From the NCBI RefSeq assembly GCF_031769215.1, contig NW_026782690.1, forward strand, positions 62,001-126,000: DNA of 64,000 nucleotides, in the 5' to 3' direction. This document shows positions 25,601 through 39,000 of the stretch, in pieces (position 1 is the first letter of the stretch; each line of letters begins with the position of its first letter). The notes below the pieces were generated by a model. The model saw only the letters and a program-made list of their open reading frames with translations, was not told the DNA's origin and searched no databases. The position numbers were made by a program, and so were the translations under genes. This stretch comes from Ylistrum balloti. Its lineage: Eukaryota.

Positions 25601-27200
25601 ATGTGTACATAAAGATGAATGCGATTATTGTGTATTTGCGGACGGCACTAAAGTAAAGGTATGCACTTGCAATGAAGGTTGTACTGATTATTGGAAATAA
25701 TTCATGTTGTTTACATATTTCCCTGTTTCGTGTTTACCAATAATGATATCGAAATTGCTATGAGTTCGATATATATTAAGTGACAATCAACAAGAACATT
25801 TCGGTTACATGGCAACTTTGTTTAACATATCAACTTGATTCGTAGTTTGTTATTAGGTAGATGCATTGTGTAATTCGATTTGAGACGCACTTTAATTTAC
25901 CCTTAATTTAGTATTCCATATCAAGGATATTATTTTCGTTCTTTATAATGAACAGGAAGGAGAAGAATTTGAGAATCCATTAAACAAATGCGAAAGATGC
26001 ATATGCGAGAAAGGAGAAGCAATATGTAGCAGCAAATGTAATGAACCATCTGAGTGTATGGAGGTGAGATTCAAAACATTTTGCTTATCTGCTAGTTGCC
26101 TTATGCATATTATTTTTTTTCAGTTTATGAAGCTTAATATTTCTCAGGATTTTAATATATAGTAAAGTTGATGGTAAACGGTACCTGCATTCATAAAATG
26201 TCTGACCAACTAAACCTCAAACGCGCATGATCGATAATGATGATCCGTCGAAAGATAGCTATAATCAATCTTGTACGTATATTTTGATTCCGTGAAAAAC
26301 CCATATCTGTTCTATTATGTTCATTATCACAACAATTTGTTTATAGGGTGAGATTAAAGTGCTGGATGAAGATGGTTGCTGCCATGTATGCAAGAAAGGT
26401 AACCCTTTTGGAAACAAAATCATTAGAATTGAGCAGTATGTTGGTAGAATACGATAAAGCAACATACATTGCATGTTTGCAATTGAGAAAGAAAGTCTTA
26501 AACTTGCTCTTAAACATTATATCATTTGTTTTCGGGTCATGCTAGCACTTTTAGAGTAAAGCAACATTTTGAAGGACAATCGAATTTAATATAGAGTAAA
26601 TGACATTCCGTCTGTGTTTCTTTCAGATACCTGCCGTTTCCATTCAAAAACAGAAGTTGTGAAGGATTTCAGTCACCCGCCATATAGAAATTGTACAACG
26701 GGAACGAAAATAACTTATAATTATTGCTCGGGCGGATGTGGTGACAGCAGCCACTTCCCTAACGGTTTTGGAGTGAATGAATGTAAATGCTGTACATCTG
26801 AAAAGGTTCGACAGAGATTGATCAATATAACATGCAAAAGGCTTAATTCTGATTACGAGGATATCGCCACAACTATGACAATAAGTGAGCCCACATCATG
26901 CCATTGTAACGTATCACCGTGTCAACGTAAGTATCCTATATCATTATTCCATTAATAGATTGATCTATGTTCAGCTGAAAGTACCAATTTTTTTCCAAGT
27001 AACTTACATTTCCATTGTTCATAAACTGATTGGCCTCACGCTTTAATTGCCCCCAATGAAATGCAACGAGCATTCTTTTTTATAAAACAAATTGTCTTTA
27101 CTCCTTGAACTATATGAAAATATGAAAATTTGCTCTCGCCATACTCACGAAAAGCACTTTGCTGTAATAATTGTTTTTTTTTTTTTCAGCCCCTTCCTAA
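713..27200 (+). CDS. 3' portion (35 exons, ~1,679 aa, 5' end outside the window) of a secreted gel-forming mucin / SCO-spondin-like protein: [two-Cys domain A + two-Cys domain B + Thr-rich] repeats, PTS segment, 6 TSP1, 2 TIL, VWC-like modules, C-terminal cystine knot
   Basis: Manually spliced, all GT-AG and phase-compatible: 713-863, 1441-1673, 2099-2255, 2863-2988, 3246-3278, 4400-4662, 6010-6160, 6744-6976, 7402-7558, 8166-8291, 8547-8579, 9703-9965, 11305-11455, 12038-12270, 12697-12853, 13460-13585, 16593-16766, 18054-18086, 18814-18991, 20141-20190, 20797-20961, 21124-21264, 21471-21714, 21901-21944, 22529-22610, 22935-23084, 23705-23748, 24339-24506, 24641-24799, 25146-25298, 25468-25658, 25956-26063, 26347-26398, 26627-26926, 27190-27200 (TAA). 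The sum is 5,040 nt, divisible by 3, and the frame stays open. The family call rests on domain motifs; no database search was run. Confidence 0.88.
3715..3952 (-). mobile_element. tRNA-derived SINE with V/Meta-like conserved core (copy in cassette 1)
   Basis: The minus strand reads GGGTGACGCAGTAGTGACGC (A-box-like) ... GGGTCGATTCCC (B-box-like) ... GTGGGATTTCCCCGGGTGCTCCGGTTTTCTCCCACA (central core of the V-SINE type) ... GAATAAA tail. Family assignment is from memory and unchecked. Confidence 0.7.
6010..9965 (+). CDS. Exon cassette copy 2 (6 exons, 321 aa, same protein sequence as copy 1 as far as I can read)
   Basis: Exons 6010-6160, 6744-6976, 7402-7558, 8166-8291, 8547-8579, 9703-9965. 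Splice sites intact; offset 5,297-5,303 from copy 1. Confidence 0.85.
9018..9255 (-). mobile_element. Same SINE, duplicated with the cassette (copy 2)
   Basis: Matches 3715-3952 at offset 5,303. Confidence 0.7.
11305..13585 (+). CDS. Exon cassette copy 3 (partial, 4 intact exons)
   Basis: Exons 11305-11455, 12038-12270, 12697-12853, 13460-13585. One synonymous change seen (ACT>ACG near 12,825). The fifth mini-exon (13842-13874) has lost its GT donor. Confidence 0.82.
16593..18086 (+). CDS. Thr/Ser/Pro-rich mucin-type exons (16593-16766, 18054-18086)
   Basis: ttccag|GAACG...CACTG|gtatac encodes GTITQPTTTATPSTSLLTTTAG...IMTST. taatag|CCTC...GAAG|gtaaga encodes ASTTTVATTTE. Both are phase 1-1. 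Confidence 0.85.
18814..26398 (+). CDS. Cys-rich region: six thrombospondin type-1 repeats, two TIL domains and VWC-like modules (15 exons)
   Basis: TSP1 WSxWSxC...R.R motifs at 20797-20961 (WTEWSQCDKECDTGIRNRTR), 21124-21264, 22529-22610 + 22935-23084, 24339-24506 (WTQWGSCS), 24641-24799 (WSPWTNCSAECNSGFRNRTR) and 25146-25298 (WNDWSSCSVTCGSGTKSRTR). TIL-like Cys spacing at 21471-21714 and 25468-25658. CxxCxC VWC-like motifs at 18814-20190, 21901-21944 and 25956-26063. Confidence 0.9.
19805..19890 (+). mobile_element. Degenerate fragment of a common interspersed repeat (Penelope-associated terminal repeat-like)
   Basis: gagcaacagatgcttactcttgcggaaaacccgg resembles the frequent molluscan motif gcttacccttccggagcacc. 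Short and diverged; recalled from memory. Confidence 0.3.
26627..27200 (+). CDS. C-terminal cystine knot (CTCK) exon and terminal micro-exon with stop
   Basis: 26627-26926 encodes C...C...CSGGC...CKCC...C...CHC, the CxGxC/CC/CxC pattern of mucin/vWF CK domains. 27190-27200 follows a strong polypyrimidine acceptor and ends ...PPS-TAA. Confidence 0.88.
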
Positions 27201-27296
27201 TCACAAGACCGGTGTCGTAAGAGAGATAAATGACAGATATTGAAACAATAGGGTTAAAAAAATTCAGTTGAAATTGATTGATCTAATTTATAGAAT

Positions 27297-27310
27297 AATA
27301 AACAAATAAA
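27297..27310 (+). terminator. Tandem polyadenylation signals of the mucin-like gene
   Basis: AATAAA at 27297-27302 and 27305-27310, about 100 nt after the stop codon. Confidence 0.6.
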
Positions 27311-30300
27311 GCGCATTCAACAATCACGTGTTCTCCTTTTTATCAATGAAAAATTCACATGAATTTCATGATTCTTAAAAGATACACTATACTTACGATA
27401 TACCATCAGTGAGACAGCATCGGTTAACTATTCACCTGGTCTGCATCACACATTGGAATCTAGTGGCAAACAAAAGCACCAAATAGGCCAATGACGAATG
27501 TTATTTGTTGAATTAATTATTGATGAGCAGTTCCATATTTTCTTCAATAGAAAAAGTATCTTTCTGTATAAGTTATTCGAAAATGACACAGGAAAACGTT
27601 ATTACAAAGAAGATAATGAAAGCGAATGAAAGATGCATAGCCAATAAACTATTATACACAAGTAGAAAACACTCCTGGGACTAGCAGGATAAGAAAAAGT
27701 AATATTTTACGTTGAAAAATTGGTGTTAATAAGTTGTTGGCTACTTTTCTTTTCATTCTACTTCCTTGCGATAGCCAGGAGATAAGTTGGCGGTGATCAT
27801 CAACAATTTGAACCAATACAAGGAATAAACAGAGAATACATAAGTGAGCACTAAGTCGAAACCTTTATATCAGATGTGCTATATGCAATGACATTGCTAT
27901 AGTTTCTCTATTTTCCTATTTTCAAGGGATACCTATACAAAACCATGTGAAACTAGTTATAGTTGGAATAAAGTTGCAGCAAGCTGACGTTTGTGACGAA
28001 TTAAGAATTAGATGATTGAAATCCGTATCATTTCTAACTTAGCATTAAGTAATACAACAAGACTCGAAGAACCGATAACACCCCACATATATTTAAGTAT
28101 ACTTAACAAGAAAAAAAACCTATGTTATAATTTCCTTGGTGATTTATATTCTCGTCAGAACTATGGACATTTGAAGACAGTATCCTAGGATGAAGGGCCG
28201 CCAACAGATGTTGTTAGAGTGCTACATACTGAATTTTCACATTCTAGACACACCTACATGGCGCTTTATCTTGCTCTTAATTTGGATCAAGGAAGTATTA
28301 CCTGTCCAATCCGGTTTTTTTTTTTTTTTTTTTGTGGAAAAGTACATCATGGAATTATTCATATGAAAGGGGAATTCAGTGAAATGGCCTTGTAAAGTAT
28401 CCGATCCTTTCTTTTGCCACAAGTGCATAAACAATATGATCTGAAGGTGTAAATGGCATGAACTACCACTCAAACAAAGTAAAAGAAAAATACCGACATA
28501 CAACATGGTGTGCAATATTAATAGTACAATAAGGCAAACATGACGCGAGTGAGCAATTTATGTGGTGTTTTGGATGGATCGGTAGGAAAAGTTGTATATA
28601 AAAGATATCAACATATTTTAAATTAAACCAAAATCATTGAAACCATAACAAAATCTGGTATTAAGGAAGAATTAATACAAAGACTCTTGAAAACATCAGA
28701 GTATAAGACAAGTGTTTCAGAAGGTAAATCGTCTTCTGCTCTATCGACACTGTGTGCTCTTCTTCGTCAAGCAAAACAGGCAGGAATTGTCACATTGACA
28801 AATTACTCAGGCATGATATCGAGCATCGAGCACAATTCTGAAAGATGCAAATGTCAGGTGTTTGACGGACGATGGATGACGGAATACAAATTGATTTATA
28901 TTGACTATGATATTATGACACATATAACAAAAACGGACACTGCAATATGTATAATATCATTATAGTTGGATTTTCAGTCATTACTGAAGGCAATATCGCA
29001 GGACTTATCAAAATATCAGAAAAAAATTCAAAACGTTCAGTTACAGAAATTCGATTTTGGTATTAAAAAAAGGAGTTCCAAAAAACAAGTCGCTAGTGAA
29101 ATGTGTGAAAACCATAGCAGAAAGAATTGGTTGCTTTTCAATAACACAAAACTATTTTTTAAATGCTTGAATTTGTTAAATTTCATTAAACTCAAGCATA
29201 TGAATCATTAGGCGGCACCCAATTGTGAAGTGTTTTTTTAACAAAAAAAAAACCTGCTCTTTGGTATTTTAACACTTTCCTGTTACATTTTCATAACATT
29301 AATAATTCATTATACGTATCTCCATTGTAACGTTGAGACAAGGAATTAAGAAGAACGAATTTGTCTGGACAAGTTATCAAAACTTACTGTTCCAGAGACA
29401 GAATGAGTTTTTTGGCATAATTGAATAGCCAAATATGTATTACTTCATCAGTTCGATTAACCCTTACTTTGATAACATATAATCGACGAAGAATAACATA
29501 AATGATAAAAAAAAACACTTCTCTTCCGTATTCCTTAATTTCGCCTAGCAATTGTTATTAGAAAAGGTAACTGAACATTTTGAGGCGGTTTTAAGGTCGT
29601 CACAGTGATCTCTTTGAGGAATAACCTTATTCTTTTAACGACAAGAGACTGCACGTGCTTCATGCTCGTTAGTTTGCCTGTTGGTTCCGTAGTTATATAC
29701 CATGTTCACATTTAAGAACATGAAATCACATACCTCGATTGACATTGGTTTACTTGACGGTTGTCGTCAATGAACCAGAAGAAGCAGAAAACGCTCACTC
29801 TTCTGGAACAACTGGTCATATTCTCTTTTTTCGTATATTTTGCTATATATTACGATTATGTTGACAAATTGATATTTTCATACGTATGTATATATATGTA
29901 TCAGGAAAAAAATGAAAAAGCAACAACTAAAATTGCTGTGTGATATTTTGAGTTTTACCCTCGCTATCATTGACTTGATTTATCAGGATAATTTTCACAT
30001 ATTGATACTCTGTTGGAATTTGTTCTTTAAAATCGTTGAAAAATTCGTTACACTGTAACTGATCTTAATGTGTGGTATGCTGATCCTTATTCACGTTAAA
30101 ATCATGCAATAACATATAATACATTATCGTTTGCACTTGAAAATAAAGACATAAAATGTAATGATAACGGGAAAGCCAGTGGGCTTTCTGCGACTTATTT
30201 ATCAAATAAATTCCAAAAGTATTTAGAATCTTAACTTATCAAATTACAATATTGCAAATGATAGACAATGGTGTTTTATTCCCCGAAGTTCTGTGTAACC

Positions 30301-33300
30301 TACATATCATGTTTAAATTCAGTCGAATAGACTTTTGGGATTTGACTCAGAATATACACTCGTACTAGACTTTCTTGCAAAATTATCAAAAAATTGACAA
30401 GATAGTAACGATATTTACTGAACTGTGACCTAGTATGCCTTCTCTTCCAGATATTGGCATTCGATAATTCCTCAGTCACCTTCAAGATTTCAACATTTAG
30501 GGCCGCAGTATTATGAACGAGTTAGAGTCTCAGAAGGACAAAACAGCTGTTTGATGTAGTTGACTTCATAATTAATTGTGTGTTCTTTTTTTCTAATCTA
30601 ACTTTGCATTGAATCGAACTGTCTTTCGTCCAGTCTTAATAGTGAGATGGTCACTTGCGTGGTTTCACTCTATTTTCATGTATAAGTGATGTGGCAGAGC
30701 CTTCTGGTACAGTAAAACACGTACAGTCCTATATTGGTTTTCATCTTTGATGTATTACTGCATTACCTTGATGTATAAAAAATCACTTGAGGGACTGCAT
30801 TTGCCAACAACTGCTCACATAATGTGGTTTTGTTACTTCGCATTTAAGTATTGATAGTTGTAACGGTTTTGGTGACCGAATGAAAATAGTGACAATTCAA
30901 CTACCATTTATCCATTTTTTTTAATTTGATTTTTTTTCACATCACACTTCATAAAACTTAATTATATTTACTCAACTTGAACAATAAATTTCATGTTTGC
31001 TTAACAACATTAAATTAATTAAAAAAAAAGTGTATAACTTGATTTTGATCCTACTTCATTTTCTTTAATGATGATAAACAATCAAAATCAAAAGACAATG
31101 AAATGTTGCCATATAAAAAAAGAACAAAATATGAAACTTTGTGAATATCTGTCATGTAAAACTTGGTCAACCAAACTATCAAGGATCTTCAATAAAAAGT
31201 GACACCTTCTTGAAAACGATGAACGGTTCCAATCATTTCTACTGTATAATGAAACTGTTTATTTCGACTACCTTTGGTTTCCGCAAATAGTATATATAGC
31301 AAGTTTTTGTGGAAAAAAATGCTAACTGCCATCAGTAATATAACTCATCAAAAGACTGACACTTTGTTTTCTTACTGATAATTCTGATCACGTTCCAAAA
31401 TGAAAACATTTTCTTGATTATCCTCATCTTTAGAATCTATGTGCTGTGAGTTTATCAGTCAGCCGTCGCCATGTACATATGGATGCAATTGATAATGTTA
31501 TCAGAGCAGCAACGCGAACAAAGTTATTTGCCGAGTCTTAGAGCAAACTATTGAGACTATTGTGACAAGCATATTGTTGAAAATATGAAATATAAATATT
31601 TGACATTTAAAGGTTGGTAATTGTTTCTTTCAAATAGCAATCGCAAGCATCCAACTCAGTGTGAATGTTTCGACAACAATATGTTATCAATTGATCTGGG
31701 TTTTTTTTCTATGTTGTGTACATATTTATTCTCAACAAAAGTCTACAATTTATATAATGATAAAAACAGGTAGAAGTGGCCTTATACGAAGGTTTCAGGA
31801 CACGTGACATACAAACGTACTCAAACTGTTTACTCCTCAATTCCAGAAAATCTGCTAGTGTTGAAGGTAGAAACAATTCGATTCGTTTATAGCGGAATGT
31901 TAATACGATGACATCGCAGCGTGAAATATTAATTTAATGATATTTGCGTCTTGCCTCATTTTGGTTTAAGAAAAGCACTTGTTGTGACAAAAACAACCCT
32001 TATCAATTCCATACAATAATTATGATAGTCAATTTATTTCATGATAACAGTGTCACATATGTGCGACTTGTCGAAAGGACATATTCAATAGAGCTAAATC
32101 GAGTTGACGAAACGAAATTAGATATGTAAGAAATGTAAAATCATTCGATGAAATAAAATTTTGATGAGAGCGTAAAACCATAACAAAATCACACTTATCT
32201 TATTAAATACATAAGCTAACGTTTAAATCAATTTCCACATTTGTATTTTACACATTTTTTTTCAGTATTGCATTTCCCAAATCAAAGAAGGTTTCAGAAT
32301 TGATACAATCTTTTTTTACTGACTCTGGTGTAATAAGTATTTGATGTTTTAAAATGAACTATTTTATAACAATAATTCCATTTATCGAAACATCGACGTT
32401 GGTACTATTACATATGTACTGTGTTCAGATAATATACAAAATGGGATTTGAAATTAATATGTGACTCTTATTAATTGTAATTCATTTAATAACTAAGTAC
32501 ATATTATAACAATATAAGACAACTCTCTTTATAAAGCATAAAGATACATCTTGAATCGCATCGTTTAGTATGGATATCCTATTCAGCATCCTCCATTGAT
32601 TCGATAGTATCAGATTGAACCTAAGACGCAAAACCCATATGTGTGTCCTTGATGATTACGAAGCATGGTTACCGAGCGAAATCGTTGTATATATAGCATC
32701 GCCAATGTGTATGAAGCAATAGCTCAGCACAGATTATACAAAGCAATAAACCAGACCGGGAGTTTATTAGCAATACAACAGACTGAGATTTTATTTAAAA
32801 CACAGACAAGTTATATAGAAAACGTGTTTACATAATGGTATCAAAAGTTATATCTATGCCAAATAATTCAAAGTGAGGCATTGTTATACCTTTGAACTTG
32901 TAATCGTTAGATAAATTACACTTAATCAAAACCTTATTTGAATGAAAACAAATAGTAGGTATTGTACAGTGCATGGTGATATATTATTGAAAATTTCAGA
33001 AATATGGTATCGTCGGCTAACCTACAGAAAATAAAGGCACACTTAGAGAGCCCTATTCGAGTCCTTACTCTTACTAGCTTTATAGTGATGCAAATATTTT
33101 ATAAATATATGATTATCGGTATTTTGAAACAAATTCTCATGTCGTAGATGTAACTTTACTTACGGTCTCCAGTCAATTCAGTCTCCACTGTCTTGATATT
33201 GGTGTCACGAACTTATTAAATTATGCAACAGCACAACTCTAATATCAATAAAATGTCAATAAAAAAGAAACGCGTTTTGACACGCTGCAGAGGAGTTTAC

Positions 33301-34623
33301 AAAGCTGTTAGGGCACAAAAGTTTGCGTGAACTAGATAAATCAGTTAAGAGATAATGAATAATATGTATCACCGTAACTAAAATTAAGGTTAAGGTCACA
33401 TTTGAAATACCTACATGTATTAAAACTCGATGTTCATATACATCCAACACAGATACAGTACAAAAAAGTACATCTGCCGTCTCTAAGAAAAAATTTGGCT
33501 CAGAAAATTCAAGACTGTTATACCTATTAAACAAGAAAATTGCTAATTTAAAGCAATGATTGAATTACAGAGAAGAGTAATCGTTCACTATTTCCTAAAT
33601 AGGTCTTAGATCTGGTATCTTAGAAGGCATATACAACATGTTAATGAATTATTTAAACGTTTCACATCTGAAAAATGGGGCAAGCATTTGAAATGTGTTC
33701 TTTATCATTTGAATAGTGTGGCAACGAACACTCAACATAACCTACTAACGGAAGATGAAATCTTGTCGTGGTACTTGAATTCTAAAATATTCATAAATGA
33801 CAAGTAGTACTCGTTGAAAAAGCAACTAAGGTCGAAGATCGACAATATAAGATAGAAATGTAAAGAAAGATTCTGATAGATATTCTAATGGACATAGCAT
33901 TCATCAGAGACCGTGCACGTATGAAAAATCTATCAATGCCAAGTTAAATAGAGATAGTGATATGAAAATACTAAAAAGAAAACATCCAAGTTAACGACAT
34001 ACAGCTTTTTCACGACAATGCTTCATCCCGCATAAGAATTTATATAGGCGTTTTTGAAAATAAGATAAAGAGAGTGGTATTCGTTTATTCACTTTTTTTC
34101 GTGGGGAAAATGTTTCTCGAGGAAAAACTGAAATGTTTTAGATTCTGCAATATCCATGTATTGTTGCGGGATATAAAAAGCAGACAGACTATCCTGTAGA
34201 GTTAAGGTAAGGAAGGGTTCAAAAATGCACTGCTGACAAGGAGGATATATAGCAGAAAACAACCGAAAGTATACCTCATGCATCTTATCTCTGACACAAA
34301 TGACAGTATTGATGGAAAGACTTAGATGGTAAAGCGTGTAGATAAAAGAATTCGTTAAAATCCACTGCCTTTTACGCAGTAGGGAAAGGACATACCAAGA
34401 TTGCTGCTAAAATAGGTCGACAAATGCAGGAGTAACAATGCTGATACTCGGTTGTGATAAGATTTCTGTCCAGACATGGTTCAGTAATTAGTTATTGCCG
34501 ATTACCAAAATGTGTGATTATCTGTCCACCGCACAAATAAGATGGAAACCAACACATTGAAATGCATAGCATGCGCTTCGGAAACAAAAATGCGATAAAC
34601 TTTAATGTAAATTGCTTATTGAC

Positions 34624-34656
<33 letters not shown>

Positions 34657-36039
34657 TGCAGTTTGCAGTTTGTGCCACATATGTGTATTGCAGATTTATT
34701 TTGCAAATTATCCATAGTAGAATATAACCAACTGATGTTTGAAAATCAAAGAGAACCGCGCACTGGAAGCAGACACCTATATGTACCTTTGCCGGTGTTT
34801 TTCGGCCATAATCTTAGTATGTTCTCATCCTACTAGATTAACGACAGTGACACCACCAAAAGAAATATGAATATAGTTAAGCATCGATAGGACAGCAGTT
34901 CGCCTGGTCTTATTATTCAGTTGATCCTTTAACTCTGTATAGGTTTCACTGAAACCTAGAATTTCATCATTATGAAAACACTTAAAAACAATAGAGATCC
35001 CAAACATCAATCGTGCTTACTATGCACCAAGCCGGTGCAAAATCACTCCTTCCTACAATAGGCATGATATCCATACGTGAATTTGCTTCTTTCATTGGTA
35101 ATATCATCTTGTTAATCTATGTTGGTCTATAAATGATAAGTCATATGTACAAAACATTTAATTTTACACATTATACATGAATTTGTAGTTTATAGATCCA
35201 TTCTAGTCTTTCGCGACCACGGGATATTCAATGAATATGCTGTGGAATTTTCTAATGGCACTGTACGAATGATGTGAATACGACATCTACAACTATTTGG
35301 AATCAAAATGTAACCCGTATTGTCAATGGCTTATATTTTCATAGCAATAGGGTATCTGCCTCAGCTTTTAAAAGTTACTCCTGGGATTGGACAGTAATTG
35401 ATTTCTCACATTCCACACATCCTTTCTGCGTAGTAAGCAACATTCTGTTGTTTCAAGGTTGAAGAATTATTACATTTATTCATTAGAACATATTCGTTTT
35501 TAAACCTCCTTCTCGCAGCGACTTTTGCAGCTGCAGCTTGCTTCTTATATTTACATAAAGGAATAAGTCTTTAAGGTATGTAAATCCACATTTCCAAGGA
35601 AGACACCAAATGATGAATCCTCATCTCCACTAGACTACCACACTGCACAACACGTTATTTGATTTATATCTCATTGATAGATACACACTCCGATACCTGT
35701 TTTCATACATTAAACTTTGATTCGGACTAATCTTATAATGCTATTTGGTCAGGTAGTACCATAACAATGGCGAAAATCTAGTAACCGCGAAAGAATACAC
35801 TCACTGTGACAATGCCGTGATAGACATGTCAAACTTCCTTTACACTTTAATTTGTGAGAGTGAACGTTAGTACCTGACCATGACAATTACCGTAAAGTTG
35901 ACAGCATGGAATTCATCTTCCGTCGTTTTTAAATGAATATAAGAAAAATATTATTCCGTGTCGCATTTTCAAAACCATCAATAGAAGCAGGGCCACAGAT
36001 AAAGTATGGAATAACTGGATCAGATGAATGTCATTGAAT

Positions 36040-39000
36040 TCACATCAAAATTACAAGTAGGATCAGCAGCAGTGAACAGAGAAGGTTGTCTCCCTTTATC
36101 TGTTTTCCTGCCCCGAACTCATTTCTTTTGTACAAGACACTAACTTGGGTAAACGACGTCAAAGGCGGATGAATATGTCTTTCCATTTTCCCACCTGTAA
36201 ATAGATATTTTGAACTGAAATATTAACTGAATATTTATAAACACAACCGCATTACATGAATACAAATGTCTCACGTTGTTTTATATTTTCGTTAAAATTC
36301 ATTTTTTATATCATCTGGATGAGCATGGAAGGCAAAATATATCTAAACAATAATCTGTTACCAGATGGTGTGGGTATACAGTTAATATAAAGCCAGTCCG
36401 GGTGGAAGATAAACAGAATGGCACCCGCATGGCGCCGGGAATATTTATCTTCCGCCCGGACTGCATTCGTGTATACCCCATCTGATTTGTTATTTATATT
36501 TCCGTTCTCAAGTGTCTATAGAAAAATCGAAATAAATGCCGTTTAATTTTCCCGCTTTACCAAATACTGATGTCACGAATTCCGAATCCATGAGAAATAG
36601 TATTAATATATAAATATAGTTCCTAGTGTTATCAACAAAAGCAATGATATGAAATAGTAGTCACAGATTTAACTTGATTATCTATATAAAAGTGTAAACG
36701 TTAGCACTTCTTTTAATAATTACTTTTTTACATTATCTTTTTCCTTCGTTTGGAATAAAATTGTGCATTGATATTTCATTTTAAAAAAATGCGGCTTTCC
36801 GTCAGATTTCACGGAACAATGTGTCTAGTATTTAGTCGGGTATTATTTTCGTTTTCGTGAAGTGGATTAATGCGACTTTCAAAATAGAATTACCATGGTA
36901 CTTAGACACGGTAGTCGATCATGTCAGTTAGCAACGACGTTTTGTTTGTAACGGATTCTACATTTGTAATTTGGACAGATCAACATCTGTTGAAGCAGCC
37001 AAAGTTGACAAACTTGGTAATCAGTATGTTTTGACTACAGTAATGAGTTCGTGGCAAAATTACACGTTTGACAATATATTTGTTCTGCTATGATTTGATA
37101 GCTTTGTAAAGTTACATATATTTTATGAAGGTCTTACTAAGTCCAACAACTTCGTATATGTCAGTTCACTATATATTGAAACCGAAGTGAAAAGCGCATG
37201 TTTTGTTTACCTAGGATATATTTAGATTTATTCATTTCAACACCGACCAAATAATTGTAAATTTTAGTACACTGTTTAATGTACTACAATTTGGCTTAGT
37301 AATGTTATATAGGTCTATGCAATGATTGTATGTACAACATTTATATCTACCAAGATTACGTTTTGGTGGACATCTCGCCTTGACCACAGAATGTTTATTC
37401 ATACGCTTGATCAGATGGGCGTTAATAGCCTGATATACTAGGATTTGGTTACATCGAACTGAATGGGAAAATGGTGATGGAATGGAAGGTTATTGTATCA
37501 TTGGTACAATACATACCATTTGGAAAGTAGTATGCAGAAAACATAATCATTTATATCAGCGGAGAGACGAAGAGCATGTGATATTGATCAATTGTGGATC
37601 ATCGGTCAGGTGAATATTTCTAGCAGGTCGATAAGCACCATATTGACCTAACTGAAAGATACTTTCATTGTATTGTCCTTTATGGATATATGATAGAAGC
37701 ATGCAGGAGTCATAAACATCTTATTTCAAATGTTATTTCAAAACGTCGTCTTATTTCAAAATTGCACATTAAAAATAATCTTAATCAATAAATTTGTTTA
37801 TTTTTTTTTAACAGTACATTCTGAAAAATCAATTTCAATACGTTAATTATAATATCACATATCATAATCAGGATTTTTTTATACTTCGACCAATTCTGAT
37901 TTAAGTAACTTCTTTTCAGCAATTTAGATAATTTACTAACCAAATCTAAAAGGATGGAATGCGATATTTCCTTCCGCTAGTGGATCATGCCAGCTGCTAT
38001 GTACGTACCTGTAAAAATGTTCCCCCATGCGTACAGCTGATACCAGTCGTTACTTAGATCCACGTAGTTACCTGGGCGTTGTTTAAAGGGAACTTGGATA
38101 TAGCAGTAGAAATAGCCATCAACCTCTTCGTACCGTGTCAAGTTAGAAAAACTCGCCTTCTCAGTTGGGGTATCGTGGTAGTAAGCAGTACTGAAAGCAC
38201 CTACACGGAATTCTGACGAGGTCACATCCTTTCGAACGCATGCAATTATATCAGCTCCGCCCTTTTGAAGAACATAATGTATTTTACTTCACAATGTGCG
38301 TCAAGATATGTTTTCTGTCTTGGTTAGAAAAACAATTTCTTTCAGCATTTTTACTGCTTACAGTCATATGTAGAATATCTGTCCATTGAGAAAAGAAGCA
38401 TGTCTGCTACTGGTAGTGTGTGAAGCTAAGTTTGGAGTGTCTATATGTTTTGTGTGTTATTATGCTGTCTGTTGAGGTTTAGTTTATTGTATTTTGAATT
38501 GTAATATACTGGTGTGTGTAGTTTCAGTTTCCTGTGTATAGTCTGCCTGCTGTGTAGGGGATGTCAGTTTTGCTATTTGGTTAGTGACTGTTTGCTTCTT
38601 TAGTTTGCTTTTATGCTAATTGTATTTTAGATATTCATCTTTTATCATTGACAATATTTAGGATATTTTAATAACTGACGGAAATACATCAGGTTCATTT
38701 GTGCTATTGACAATTCGAAACTAAACGGTAAACTTTAACGCCCACTTCAGTTTCATCACCGTTTGACGCCGTGGATGGGAAAATCGGCAAGACAGAATTA
38801 TGGTTTAGACTAAGAAAACTATTTTGACTAAGTCTGTTTTGTTCAGGATAGGCTACATGGTCCGTAACATGTCACCTGCATAATTATTTAAGTCAATTAC
38901 AGGTTAATGCAATTCCAATAACGATACTGTGTTTCCACAATAACACCACTGCCAACCATTGTACTGACCATTTTGTTGTCGGAGGAGAAACCTATAGCTA

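Noticed and set aside
34626-34655. Long poly-T/A tracts (also near 28,315, 39,225 and 15,540)
   Set aside because: Simple homopolymers with no associated retrocopy or target-site duplication evident.
27400-35900. Short ORFs between the two genes (28237, 28687, 28966, 33256, 34825, 35274)
   Set aside because: No recognisable motifs, no consistent splice chain, and several depend on poly-A/T runs. 35,208-35,435 looks faintly exon-like but contains a stop.
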